Source of the DNA: the human T2T-CHM13v2.0 reference genome, Homo sapiens
NCBI RefSeq assembly: GCF_009914755.1
Contig: NC_060926.1
Strand: one strand, 5' to 3'
Length of the DNA: 64,000 nucleotides
Made by a program: the position numbers and the translations under genes. How positions within the stretch are numbered: the stretch's first letter is position 1; every line of letters begins with the position of its first letter. Positions 1-20,906 of this stretch are shown piece after piece. A model generated the notes under the pieces. It had not been told where the DNA came from. It saw nothing but the letters and a program-made list of their open reading frames with translations, and ran no database searches.

Positions 1-156
1 AGTGGCGTGCACCTGTAATCCCAGCTACTCGGGAGGCTGAGGCAGGAGAATTGCTAGAGCCTGGGAGACGAAGGTTGTAGTGACCCGAGATCGTGCCATT
101 GGACTCCAGTGTGTGCAAGAGAGTGAGACTCTGCCTTAAAAAAAAAAAAAAAAAAA
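1..156 (+). mobile_element. Alu right arm (cut by window edge)
   Basis: cctgtaatcccagctactcgggagg...A tail. Confidence 0.9.
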
Positions 157-454
157 GGAATTCATTAAATGTTCAGCTGTTTCTTCCTCCTCACATGTAC
201 AGTGGTGTCCTCCTCCACTCACTGCTTTACCTAGGATAAGAGCAGCCTTGGGTCTCTTCACTCTTGGAAGAGTCTTTTCATATTCTACTTTTAAATCCAT
301 TTAGTTTCCTTTTGTCCTTAGATCTTATTTTTAAAGAAAAGGTTATGATTTTTAGGTTTTCTGACTTGTTATCAGGGAAGTGTTTTGGCTTGTTACTAAG
401 ATGGGAATAAAATTCTTTGCATCTTTGTATACTCTAAGCAGAAGTGGGAGTCAC

Positions 455-1450
<996 letters not shown>

Positions 1451-3196
1451 GAGTCTATTATTTCCTTATCACCAAGAAAAAGAAATACCATCAAGTAATT
1501 TTACAATGCCACAAATATGATATATCCCACTGTAGGAGATTTTAAGGTGTGATCAATGTATGTATTAAAATTGATGAAATATGGGAGTTGTCACCTATGT
1601 AAATGTGAACTTGATTGTTAACTCTGGCAGAATGTCCACTCAGCAGCAACCCTTCAGTGTTTCTGTCAACAAACCATATGAGAAGTCAGATGAGTTGTAT
1701 TGTTTGAAAATGTTTCATTGGATAACAAAATGTTGATGGTTGCTAACGCTTAGTGATGGGCATTTGGAATTTGTATGTACACTCCACTTCTGTATATAGT
1801 AGTAAGTTTTTTATAATAAAAAGATTAAAACTAGAACAAGCAACCTTCCATTGGCACTTTCTGGCATGATCAAGAAAGCATCTGCATTAAAATTTTCAGT
1901 GTCGTGTTAGTGGATGGAAAGAAAATTCCAGAGACAAAAGTCAAAAGAATGTTTTAAAGAAATGTTGGGTTATGATCTCAGTGATGTTTTTAATGACACA
2001 TAAGGTAGAAATGTATGGAAAAATAGGACACAGTTGACAAATTTGAAAAGATATTCAGAAGAATCTAACTCTAAATATGAAAAAGTTTTAGGAATACCTA
2101 CACCAATTTATTTTGCATCTGTTTTTCTTTTTACAGGCTGTATGAGAGTGATTTTAATAATCTCTGTCCAAATAAGTCTAAAGGAGCTTATCAAGAAGTA
2201 AAGCATAACATTCTAGGGGATAAGTCATAGTTGGTCGTAGTTTAAGCAGCATACTTTTTAGTATCTCTTATTTTGAATAAAAAAAAATTAAGTACCATGT
2301 ATATAGTTAATCATTTTTAGTGTTTCCAAGATACTGCTTTTCTTCATAGGCTATAAAAAGCTTTTGTTGCTTATATTAGTAACAAAAACAATTTTGCAAA
2401 TGGAAACATTTCTAGAAACCTTACTATTTATATTAGTATTATATAAATTTATCCAATTTCCAGAAATTTGGGTAATGCTAAAATCACTTTCCAACAACTA
2501 AGACTAGGAAAATTGTCATTTCTATTTTGTAATAAAAGCTTGATAAAATACACATTAGTTAGCTATATGCAATGTTCTCATAATTTAGTAAAAGCAAAAA
2601 AAAGCCTAGAAAGCTAAATCTTAGTGGAAAAATCTTTATTATTAAATTTTCAAATGTACTAATTCTGTGCTTTTTATGTACAACTTTTGGTTTTTCAGGT
2701 TTTTCCAAAATCTAACCTTTGTTACATTAAAATTTTAATATTTTATTTAATTGGTAATGTCCTTTAAATAACATTAATCTAAATTTTCAATACTGAAATT
2801 TAAACATGTCCACATATTTAAGAATTAAAAATTAGATTTTTAAAAAATAAAATTAGATTCCTTATCACTTCTCATTCCTAGTTGAATTCAAAATACATTT
2901 TTCAAATAAGTAATATGGTTCAGTTCTTTTGGGAATTATAACATTGGATATCTTAACTCATTTCCAGAGACAGTTTTATCTGTAATGCCATATTAATATT
3001 ACATTTAATATTTAATTTTATTTTTTATACAGAAGACAAGATAATCTTTATTAACTCATATTTACTTGAATTACACAAGAATGTAAGAACACATTTAAAT
3101 ATTCAGTGTTTCTCATTTGGATGTGGCAAAACTTTGTTTCATGTTAGACTACGAATTTTTTTATTGTAACAAATATTTAAAGAAATACCAGTTTTT

Positions 3197-3432
3197 GGCT
3201 GGGCGCGGTGGCTTATGCCTATAATCCCAGCACTTTGGGAGGCCAAGGTGGGCAGATCACGAGGTCAGGAGTTCGAGACCAGCCTGACCAACATGGTGAA
3301 ACCCTGTCTGTACTAAAAAATACAAAAATTAGCTGGGTGTGGTGGCGCGTGCCTGTAATCCCGCTACTTAGGAGTCTGAGGCAGAAAAATCACTTGAACC
3401 CAGGTGGCGGAGGTTGCAGTGAGCTGAGATCG
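3197..3432 (+). mobile_element. Alu, 3'-truncated and abutting an L1M fragment
   Basis: Alu stops at gagctgagatcg with no tail. Confidence 0.88.
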
Positions 3433-3439
3433 TACATCT

Positions 3440-3605
3440 GTGACATGGATAATATTCAGTGATAAAAGGAAATGAACTGCTAAGCCACAAAAAGACATGG
3501 AGGAACCTAAAGTACATATTGCTAAGTGAAAGAAGGCAGTCTGAAAAGTCTGTATATTGTATCATTCCAACTATATGACTTTCTGGAAAGGAAAAACTAT
3601 AGGCA
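3440..3605 (+). mobile_element. old L1 (L1M) 3' region fragment
   Basis: aaaaggaaatgaactgc..acatattgctaagtgaaagaaggcagtctgaaaag..ttccaactatatgac. Confidence 0.7.
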
Positions 3606-3717
3606 CATAAAATATCCTTGTATAGTCATGAATCTATAAATTATTTAGTTTTGTGTGTGTGTATGTGTATGTATTGAAAATAGTTTATCTTTTAGGTTTA
3701 GCAAATTCTAAAATGAG

Positions 3718-4038
3718 GTTTTTTTTGTTTTTTTTTGTTTATTTGTTTGTTTGCTTTTGAGACGGAGTCTTGCTTTCTCACCCAGGCTGGTGTGCAATGG
3801 CATGATCTTGGCTCACTACAATCTCTGCCTCCTAGGTTCAAGTGATTCTCCTGCCTGAGCCTCCTGAGTAGCTGGGATTACAGGCAAGCGCCACCATGCC
3901 CAGCTAATTTTTGTCTTTTTAGTAGAGCTGTGGTTTCACCATGTTGGTCAGGCTGGTCTCAAACCCCTGACCTTGTGATCCGTCTGCCTCAGCCTCCCAA
4001 CGTGTTGGGATGACAGGAGTGAGCCACCGCACCTGGCC
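3718..4038 (-). mobile_element. Alu (S-type)
   Basis: Alu consensus, reverse complement. Confidence 0.9.
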
Positions 4039-4049
4039 TTAGTTTTTTT

Positions 4050-4695
4050 TTTTTTTTTTTGATTGAAGTAAAATTCACATAACTTAGAATTAGTCATATT
4101 AAAATGTACCACTCAACACATTCATAGTGTTGTGCAACTATTACCTCTGTCTAGTTCCAAAACATTTTCATCACCCCACAAGGGAAACCCTGTATCTAAT
4201 AAGCAGTCACTCCCTATTTCTTCCTCTCCCAGTCCCTGGCAACTACTAACCTGCTTTCTGTCTATGAATTTGGCCTATTCTGAGTATTTCATTTCAATGG
4301 AATCATAGAATATTCAACCTTTTGTAAATCCTTTGTAGGAATATACCACATTTTGTTTATCCATTCATCAGTTCATGAACATTTGTGTTGTTTCCACTTT
4401 CAGGTGTTGTAAATAGTGATGCTGTGAACATGCATGTAGAAGTTTTTGTTTGAACACTTGTTTTTGGTTCTTTCTGATATATGCCTAGGATTGGAATTGC
4501 TGGGTCTTATGGTAATTCCATGTTTAACTTTTTGAGGAACTCACAAACTGTTTTCTACTGTATACTTACCATTTCATATCCCACTTGCAATGTACAAGAG
4601 TTCTAATTTATCCACATCCTTGCCAGCGCTTTTTATTTTCTTTTTTTTTAATTGTAGCCATGCCAATGTATGTGAAATAATATCTCACTGTGGTA
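4050..4695 (-). mobile_element. old L1 (L1MB-like) 3' fragment
   Basis: aaaatgtacc..ttccaaaacattttcatcacccc..ggaattgctgggtcttatggtaattccatgtttaactttttgaggaac. Confidence 0.8.
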
Positions 4696-4796
4696 AAATG
4701 AGTTTTATATGTAGCTTTTCTGCCTGTAACTTACTCTGTATGTTAAAAGGAGGCACAATGATCAATGTGTTAAAATCTATTAATATCTGAAAAATG

Positions 4797-5110
4797 GGCT
4801 GGGCACAGTGACTCACACCTGTAATCCCAGCACTTTGGGAGGCCAAAGTGGGCACATCAACTTGAGGCCAGGAGTTCAAGACCGATCTGGTTAACATGGT
4901 GAAACCCCATCTCTACTAAAAATACAAAAAATTATCCAGGTGTGGTGCTACAAACCTATAATCCCAGCAACTCAGGAGGCTGAGGCACAAGAATTGCTTG
5001 AGTCTGGGATGTGGAGTTTGCAGTGAGCTGAGATTGCACCACTGAGCTCCAGCCTGGGCGACAGAGCAAGACTCTCTTAAAAAAAAAAAAAGAAAGAAAG
5101 AAAAAAGAAA
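4797..5110 (+). mobile_element. Alu
   Basis: full dimer with A tail. Confidence 0.9.
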
Positions 5111-5429
5111 ATATAATAAATGGTCTGCAAATTAAGAGTATTTCAGTGTTGTTTCAACATATCCTTCTATAGAAATATAGTTTAGACATTTTAATAAGCA
5201 ACTTCTACTTAATTTGATTGAGACAAATAAATTCATTAAAACAGGAATGCCCATTAGAGGAACTCTTTGCCGTAGAGGCATCCTACTTTGCCATAGAAGC
5301 TTCTAATTTGAGTATAATATGCTTGATTTTGATTGAATATAAAGAATGAATAAAGATGCTGGCAGTCATCAAGCGCAGCTTCTGATCAGTATTACCAAAC
5401 ATTGCATAACTACGTCTAGTTAAACAATG

Positions 5430-5745
5430 AACAGCTCTTTCATAGGGCAACTCATTCTGTTTTAGACAGGTCTGTTTATAAGCCATGCTTTTCTGTATGC
5501 TCAACTAAAGGCTCTTATCCTTGAAGATACACTGATTGGAACTGGTTATTTGATGTGAAGACAGCTATCATATCCTCCCAAGTTTTCTTTTTTTTCCTCA
5601 TCAGATGCTTTCAGTTCTTTCTACCCATCACAGTTCAGAGGTCTCAAACCTTCATAGTTGTACTTGCTCTCTTTTGGATATGCTCTAGTTTGTGGCCATC
5701 CATCCTAAAGGGTATTTGCTCTAGATGCGATCTGACCCACAGAAT
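5430..5745 (-). mobile_element. L3/CR1 LINE fragment
   Basis: gggcaactcattctgttt, gaagacagctatcatatcc, ctcttttggatatgctctagtttgt resemble the CR1/L3 3' region. Confidence 0.55.
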
Positions 5746-5804
5746 GGAACTTAACACATAAAATGTTTACATGTTTGTGATAGCCCTGTGATTTACCTAT
5801 GTGT

Positions 5805-5940
5805 GTTCCCATTCCATTCTGCAAGTGAGTAAACTTGGGCTCAGATAGGAGAAGAAACTTTCCTAAGGTCATATGTTAAGTGGAAGAAGTGAGCTTCAAG
5901 TCCTATTCAGATTTAACTGCCTCCAAAGCCATGCTATTTT
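5805..5940 (-). mobile_element. MIR fragment
   Basis: cccattccattctgcaagtgagtaaacttgggctcag..cctaaggtcat..ctccaaagcccatgct-like core. Confidence 0.55.
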
Positions 5941-6023
5941 CATTAATAAAAATACCAATATTGATAAGTGTAACTACCATTTATTGCGTAGATAATATAT
6001 GCTTTTTTAAAAAAAAACTTTAA

Positions 6024-6355
<332 letters not shown>

Positions 6356-6752
6356 TAAGTACTTAGACTACCATCTAAATCTTACAGCTAACTTGGGAAA
6401 TACAGAGTACTATTTTTATAAATGAGGAAATTGAGGATTTAAAACCAAATGTGATTCTAAAACTGTTAGATTCTAAGACTCTTGATATTATACTATCCTG
6501 TCTAATCTGTTTCATGGTATTGTTGATGTTTTAATAATTAGGAGCACATCTACTTGGTGTTTTAGTGTTCCAAATCTATACAGAATAGTCTGTATGATTA
6601 AAAAATATAATTTGTAATTATCACATTTATTACTAATTTTTTCTTTCATTTCCTTTGATGCAAAAACATTACTAATTTGATTATACATGGGTACAGCCTT
6701 TCTAAAGGGCAGTCTGTCAGTATTTAACAAAATACTTTTTAAAAAAAAATGA

Positions 6753-6956
<204 letters not shown>

Positions 6957-7184
6957 TAAATTCCGTATGTTAAAAAAAATAGTCTCAAAGTTATGCAAAA
7001 TACACCCAGCCTCAATAGTATCACGTATGGACAGTATTGTTTCATTTAAATTATCAGTCACTACCCCTTTCCATGCCACTGGATTATTTTGAAGCAAATC
7101 ACAGATATCATATATCTGTAAATATTTAATTAGATATTATATATCTATAAATATTATCTCTACAATACAAGAGCTTTTTTTAAA

Positions 7185-7534
<350 letters not shown>

Positions 7535-7946
7535 TCACATCTGAAAAAATAACAGTAATTCCTCAGTATCATCAAATGTCAAGTTGGTTCTAATATACTT
7601 TAGGTTTGATGGACTGTTTAGGAAATCAGCGTTCATTGATTCATTTGAATAACTTCTATACAATCTTCTTTAAAGTTTTTATAATATTGCTTAGGGTTTT
7701 AAACTTTTAAAGTAAGTCATCATGGAAGTGTCTCCCAGAATTTGGCTTTCATGCTATTCTGCATTCATCTTAATTTATAGGTATTACCTAGTTTAGTAAA
7801 TAGCTTTACTCCTATTGACATTAGGCATAAATCTTGCTGCTAATCTTTCTGCAGCTCTTCTTTTTAAGTGTAATATTATAAAAAGTGTAAAAAGATATTC
7901 ATTTTAAGAAAACCATATATTAGTAACCTGTTTCCTGTTCTTATAG

Positions 7947-8038
7947 GAGACCGTAAACAAGGTCTTCACAGTATGAACATGATGGAGGCAGCAGCATCCG
8001 AACCCTCTCTTGATCTAGATAATCTGAAACTGTTGGAG
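7947..8038 (+). CDS. BMPR2: BMPR2 exon 5, 92 bp
   Basis: ttatag|GAGACCG...TTGGAG|gtaagt; (G)[30 protein letters not shown] in frame with exon 4. Confidence 0.97.
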
Positions 8039-8099
8039 GTAAGTTTGCCGTTAGATTATGGACTGTTGTTTCTACTGTGATACTAGACCTGGAACAGTG

Positions 8100-8971
<872 letters not shown>

Positions 8972-9449
8972 TTAGAAAGAGGTTGACCTTTGATTAGAGA
9001 TTTGTACAGGGTATGAGAATAAAGACATGAAAGTTTGAGAAGAGTGTGCCACAAGGGATCCATAATAGACAACAAATAAATACTCCTTGTCTGCATATAT
9101 TACATATTTTTATAGATACATAAGGCTCTTTTATATAGAATTTAAGTTTCATTTGGTGATATCTCAGAAGCTACATTAAAAGTGTTACCATGATGAGTGT
9201 TTTTATATTTATTAAGAATGACTTGAAAACTATGGTCCCCAAACCAGAGACTATTAAATAATAGATGTGATAGATTTGACTATATAAAAAATTGTAAGAA
9301 CTTTCTGTTTTGGGAGAGACATACCATAAACAAAGATAAAAGCCAAATTTGAAAAATAAATTTCAACATTTCAACATATAAGGGAAAACTTGATAAAGAA
9401 CTGATATAAATCAAGATGAAAGAAACATTCTATAGCAAATGGACAAAAA

Positions 9450-9717
9450 GGCTGAGTGCTGTGACTCACACCTGTAATCCCAGCTCTTTTGGGAGGCCAA
9501 AGTGGGTGGATTGCTTGAGCCCAGGAGTTCAAGACAAGTCATGGGCAACATGGTGAAACCCCATTTATTTTGTAAAAAATACAAAAATTAGCTGGGTGTG
9601 GTGGCACATGCCTGTAGTCCCAGCTACTCGGGAGGCTGAGATTGAAGGATCACTTGAGCCCAAGAGGTAGAGGTTGTGGTTAGCCTAGGTGACAGAGACC
9701 CTGTCTCAAAAAAAAAA
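9450..9717 (+). mobile_element. AluJ-like with 3' deletion
   Basis: Alu consensus; flanked by ggacaaaaagg on both sides. Confidence 0.85.
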
Positions 9718-10123
9718 GGACAAAAGGTATTAACTGCCAATTCACAAAAGAAGTAAGTGTGGCTAAGAAATGTACAGTAAGATGTCCAATTTACAAGGCT
9801 GAAAGAAATACTAGTTAACCCATGGAATTTTAGCCATGATTAAGTGATAGAAACACTTCCAAACATTGCTGAATTAACTATATATTGATATAACCTTTTT
9901 AAAGGACACTTTGTATAATTTTGATCTGGAAACAGTGTATGAAACACAACATATATCCTTAAATAAATGATGGTAAATCCCCAACCTGTTTTAATAAAAA
10001 GTAAAAGCAATCCCCAGAAGCCAAAAATAACGAGAATGGGTTACATTTTGCTGGTTCTTTGGGTGTTGAGTAATTTTTTTGTATTCTGGATATTGTGAAT
10101 ATTGTATTGTGGAACACTGAACT

Positions 10124-10312
<189 letters not shown>

Positions 10313-10397
10313 TTAGTAAGCAATAAACTTGGTTGAACACATACCACAAATCTGTTTGGGGCAGAAGCTCAAATCTCAGTTCAGTTATTTTATCTTT

Positions 10398-10708
10398 TTT
10401 TTTTTTTTTTTACTCTGTCATCCAGGCTGGAGTGCAAGGCATGGTCTGGGGTCACCGCAACCTCTGCCTCCCGGTTTCAAGTGATTTTCCAGCCTCAGCC
10501 TCTATGTAGGGATCTTTATGCAAGTATTTAAGTCTCCACAAAAGTGACTACAGGCGCATGCCACCACGCCCAGCTAATTTTTGTATTTCTAGTAGAGATG
10601 GGGTTTTACTGTGTTGGCCAGGCTGGTCTCAAACTCCTGACCTCGTGATCCACCCGCCTCAGCCTCCCAAAGTGCTGGGATTACAGGCGTGAGCCACCAC
10701 ACCCGGCC
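10398..10708 (-). mobile_element. Alu carrying an inserted copy of the BMPR2 intron 6/exon 7 junction
   Basis: 17-bp TSD tcagttattttatcttt (10381-97, 10709-25); non-Alu insert at ~10503-10545. Confidence 0.92.
10499..10549 (+). repeat. 51-bp direct copy of 13133-13183
   Basis: 49/51 identical by manual alignment. Confidence 0.95.
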
Positions 10709-10867
10709 TCAGTTATTTTATCTTTAGCTGGAAACTCTCTTGTATATTCACTGGGCTTTCCTCTCTCTGAATTTCTCCTTTCTAGGGTTCTCCCCTCATT
10801 TTCTAGCAACTGTGGCTGTCCAAAATATGTCCTGAGTTTCCCAAGGCCAGAACAATTTTCTGTTCTT

Positions 10868-11492
<625 letters not shown>

Positions 11493-11828
11493 TAGAATGG
11501 TTTTCTTTAGCAATTTTAGTTCCACTGCACAGTGCTGATTTCAGCCTGCCCTCAGGATAAAAGTCATAAAAATGGGTAGCTTGCCCCATACCACTTTTTT
11601 CTCAAAGCTTTAATGCCTCTCAAGATCTATCTGCCTTTAGATCTTTCTTTTTTTTAAATTTTGTCCAGCATTTATAAATGTTCTCTATGGGCAGGCTGGG
11701 TCTGGTAGGAGCTTCATCAGCCATACTAGAACAGAATTTATTAATTTCTTGATAATGGAATAAACTGTAAGCAACAGAGAGCTGTAGCATTCTGTTTAAA
11801 TTTGTACTTTATTATTTAGTAAATTTGA

Positions 11829-12119
<291 letters not shown>

Positions 12120-12134
12120 TAGAAAATAAACTGA

Positions 12135-12436
12135 GGCCAGGTGTGGTGGCTTATGCCTGTAATCCCAGCACTTTTGGAGGCTAAGGCAGGTGGATCACTT
12201 GAGGCCAAGAGTTCAGGACCAGCCTCGCCAACATGGCAAAACTCCCGTCTCTACTAAAAATACAAAAATTAGCCGGGTATGATGGCACACATCTGTAATT
12301 CCAGCTACTTGGGAGGCTGAGGCATGAGAATTGCTTGAACCCGGTAGGCGGAGGTTGCAGGGAGCCGAGATTGTACAGCCGTACTCCAGCCTGGGCGACA
12401 GAGCAAGACGCAATCTCAAAAAATAAAAAAAAATAA
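12135..12436 (+). mobile_element. Alu 28 bp downstream of exon 6 donor
   Basis: TSD aaaataaactga. Confidence 0.9.
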
Positions 12437-13143
12437 ACTGACATTTATATTAGTTGTTAATCAGACTTCAGAGAGGACCACTGTATTACAGATAGAGCAT
12501 TGCTGACTCACAAACTGGATTATTAATGGTCTGCAATGAAATAAGGATCTCACACCAGAATGTGAATCAACTAATTATACTGTTTGTTTCGCTGTCTCCT
12601 CCTTCTTTCTGTTTTTCTCTTCTTTATTTAATTTTTTGATAACAAGTTTTTTGATGAAAGAAGCAGTACTTTGATTGACATTCATTCTGATGCAACATTC
12701 TTTTCTCATCAGCAACTGGTAATAGTTTGTAGATAAGCACTTTGAGTGGCACCAATACATAAATGAATATATTTACAAAATCCTTTTGTTTTCTACTTAT
12801 TAACCATAACAATATAATTTGTATTCATACTGGTGAATGATACACTTTTCTATCTTAATTTGATCAAAGAATTGTTTAAAAGGAAATAATCATTCATAAT
12901 TTTTAATATTAGAGACATAAAAATTTATAATGTTTAAATTCCCCTTTCCATCCCTTCCTCTCCTCTCTACACACAGAAATGTCATACTAACTCTTTCAAG
13001 ATTCTGAAATGTAGTAGTTCATTAGATCTTCATGGAATCCTAGCCTATTTGCAAATTCTTTATAAGGATGCTAATTTACTCTTCATGTTAAAGTGAGTTA
13101 ATTCTACCTTTTTTTTTTTTTTCGCATTTTTTCCTCTATATAG

Positions 13144-13275
<132 letters not shown>

Positions 13276-13428
13276 TGAAATTGACACTCATGTGGGTTCA
13301 AAATTCACAACAGGAAATTTTAATTATATCTTCAAAGTAAAAGTATAATTTATATTATTGGAGATTTATTATTAGTCAGTTGTTTGAAAGATTCAGCATG
13401 AAATGCATTTGAAATGTAACAGAAAGAG

Positions 13429-14900
13429 CTTTCCCACGCAGCTGCCAAGATGGCAGAGGGGCAGTCCTGGTGCTTGATAGCTGAGTAAAACTCCTGGGCT
13501 ACCTGGAGGCTATCATGACCCAGCAGAGAAAGTAGTGGTCATGTCCTGTGAGGACATCAACATTTCTGGCAGTTTCTACAGAAACAAGTTAAAGTATCTA
13601 GCCTTCCTCTGCAAGCGGACAAGCACCAACCCTTCCCAAGGACCCTACCATTTATGGGTCCCCAGCCACATCTTTTGGCAGACCACCTGCGGTAGGCTGC
13701 CCCACAAGACCAAGCAAGGCTAGGCTGCCCTAGATCACCTCAAGGTGTTTGATAGAATCCCCCTGCCATATGACAAGAAAAAGCAGATGGCGGTTTCTGC
13801 CACCCTCGAGGTTGTACGTCCGAAGCCTTGAAGAAAGTTTGCCTACCTGGGGCACTGGGCTCAGAAGGTTGACTGGAAATACCAGGCAATGACAGCCACC
13901 ATGGGGGAGAAGAGGAAGGTCTATTATCAGAAGATCTGTTACCAGAAGAAAAACAGCTCATGAGGCTATAGGAAAAGGCTGAAAAGAACATAGAGAAGAA
14001 CATTGACAAATACACGAAGGTCCTCAAGGCCCACAGACTCCTAGTCTGAGTCCAATAAAGACTGTTTATTCCTCATGCTTGTCCTGGCCTGCTCTTCCTC
14101 CATTGTTGCCATGGGGATGTAGGGGACCCAGGGGCAGCAGTCCAGGTGCTCTAGGCAGCCTGGGACTTACAAAGCTGGAGATAAGGAATGAATCTTAGTC
14201 ACTGTCTTTCTATTAGGTTACTTTAAACAACTCTAAAAGTTGTGCAGACATAATTTGTCTATGATGTACTTGTTTGCAAGAGAGTTTCATAAAATCATTA
14301 GTAAAAACAACCTGCTACTTCAGTTGGAATATTGGCAGCCCGGGCGTGATTGATGGCTCATGCCTGTAACTCTGACACTTTGGGAGACCAAGGCAGGTGG
14401 ATTGCTTGAGCTCGGGAGTTTGAGACCAGCCTGGGTAACATGGTGAAACCCTGTCTCTACAAAAAATATAAACATTAGCTGGACGTGGTGGCATGCACCT
14501 GTAGTCGCAGCTACTTGGGAGGCTGAGCTGGGAGGATTGTTTGAGCCTGGGAGGTGAAGGTTCTAGTTAGCTGAAATCACACCACTGTATTCCAGCCTGG
14601 CTGACAGCTAGACTGTCTCAGAAAAAAAAAAAAAGCAAATGTGAACTGGAACACTAATTGAAGAGTTTCCCTACCTTGTGAATGGGGAATCTGTTTGTAT
14701 TTCCTACCTTGTCATATACTGTACTCTGCAGCTGTTAGGATGTGAGAAAATGCCTGTGGGGACAGTATGAGCCTGGTGTTGTACAGGGTATTTATGGATG
14801 TGTAGGCTAGGAAGATATGCAACCAAGGGATTACAGCCATTGCATTCTCTTCCCTGTACTTTGTGATGAGAAACAAATAAATTAATTTTAAAGAAAAAAA
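13429..14900 (+). pseudogene. RPL13A processed pseudogene with long 3' UTR, interrupted by an Alu at ~14338-14634
   Basis: 5' TOP-like ctttccc, ATG 13450, degenerate uL13 coding ([28 protein letters not shown]), indels/stops, TGA 14047-49, AATAAA 14054-59, UTR-like sequence to AATAAA 14876-81 and A tail; TSD aaatgtaacagaaaga (13412-27) / aaatataacaggaaga (14898-913). Confidence 0.93.
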
Positions 14901-14930
14901 TATAACAGGAAGAATAAGAGAAAGAACTTT

Positions 14931-15901
<971 letters not shown>

Positions 15902-15974
15902 ATGAATTCCTTTTCATACTCTGAACATTCTTCCTCTAAGATATACATGCGAGCATACTTAGAAAATATTCTTT

Positions 15975-17560
<1,586 letters not shown>

Positions 17561-18062
17561 GGCCAGGTACCATGGCTCACACCTGAAATCCCAACACTTT
17601 GGGAGGCTGAGACGGGCAGAGAGCCCAAGAGTTCAAGACCAACATGGTGAAACCCTGTCTCTGCAATAGCCAGGCATAGTAGCATGCATCTCAGGAGGGT
17701 AAGGTGAGAAGATTGTTTGAGCCCGGGAGGCGGAGGTTACAGTGAGCCAAGATCTCGCCACTGCACTCCAGCCTGGGCAGCAGACCAAGACTGTGTCTGA
17801 AAAATAAGGCTAGGTGCGGTGGCTCACGCCTGTAATCGCAACACTTTGGGAGGCCAAGGCAGGTGGATCACCTGAGGTCAGGAGTACGAGACCAGCCTGG
17901 CCAACATGGTGAAACCCCATCTCTACTAAAAATATCAAAAAAAAAAAATTAGCCAGGCATGGTGGCAGGTGCCTGTAATCCCAGGTGCTTGGGAGGCTGA
18001 GGCAGGAGAATCAACAAGAGCGAAACTCCATCTCAGAAAAGTAAATAAATAAAAGAAAAAAA
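17561..18062 (+). mobile_element. two sense Alus with internal deletions
   Basis: e.g. ggagaatc|aacaagagcg junction lacks most of the right-arm centre. Confidence 0.85.
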
Positions 18063-18257
18063 TGTTCTTTTGATTCTAGGGCATTTTCAGACTTTTTAAA
18101 GCCCATTTTTGGATCTTAGGTTAAGAACCTCTTAGCTAGGCTATATTATATTTTCCTTGTATTAATTTTGTTTAAGTGAACTACAATGCATCATTAATTT
18201 TTTTAATTTTTAATTTTTGTGGGTACATAGTAGTGTATATATTTATGAGGTACGTGA

Positions 18258-20222
<1,965 letters not shown>

Positions 20223-20264
20223 AGAATTTATGTTTTTTACCTGATTATTTAAAAAATATTCCCT

Positions 20265-20560
<296 letters not shown>

Positions 20561-20562
20561 TA

Positions 20563-20893
<331 letters not shown>

Positions 20894-20906
20894 ATATTCC
20901 CAAGTA

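Noticed and set aside
13535-13723. 62-aa uL13-like ORF as a functional retrogene
   Set aside because: Upstream frameshift and stops, premature TAG and further indels; a decayed pseudogene fragment.
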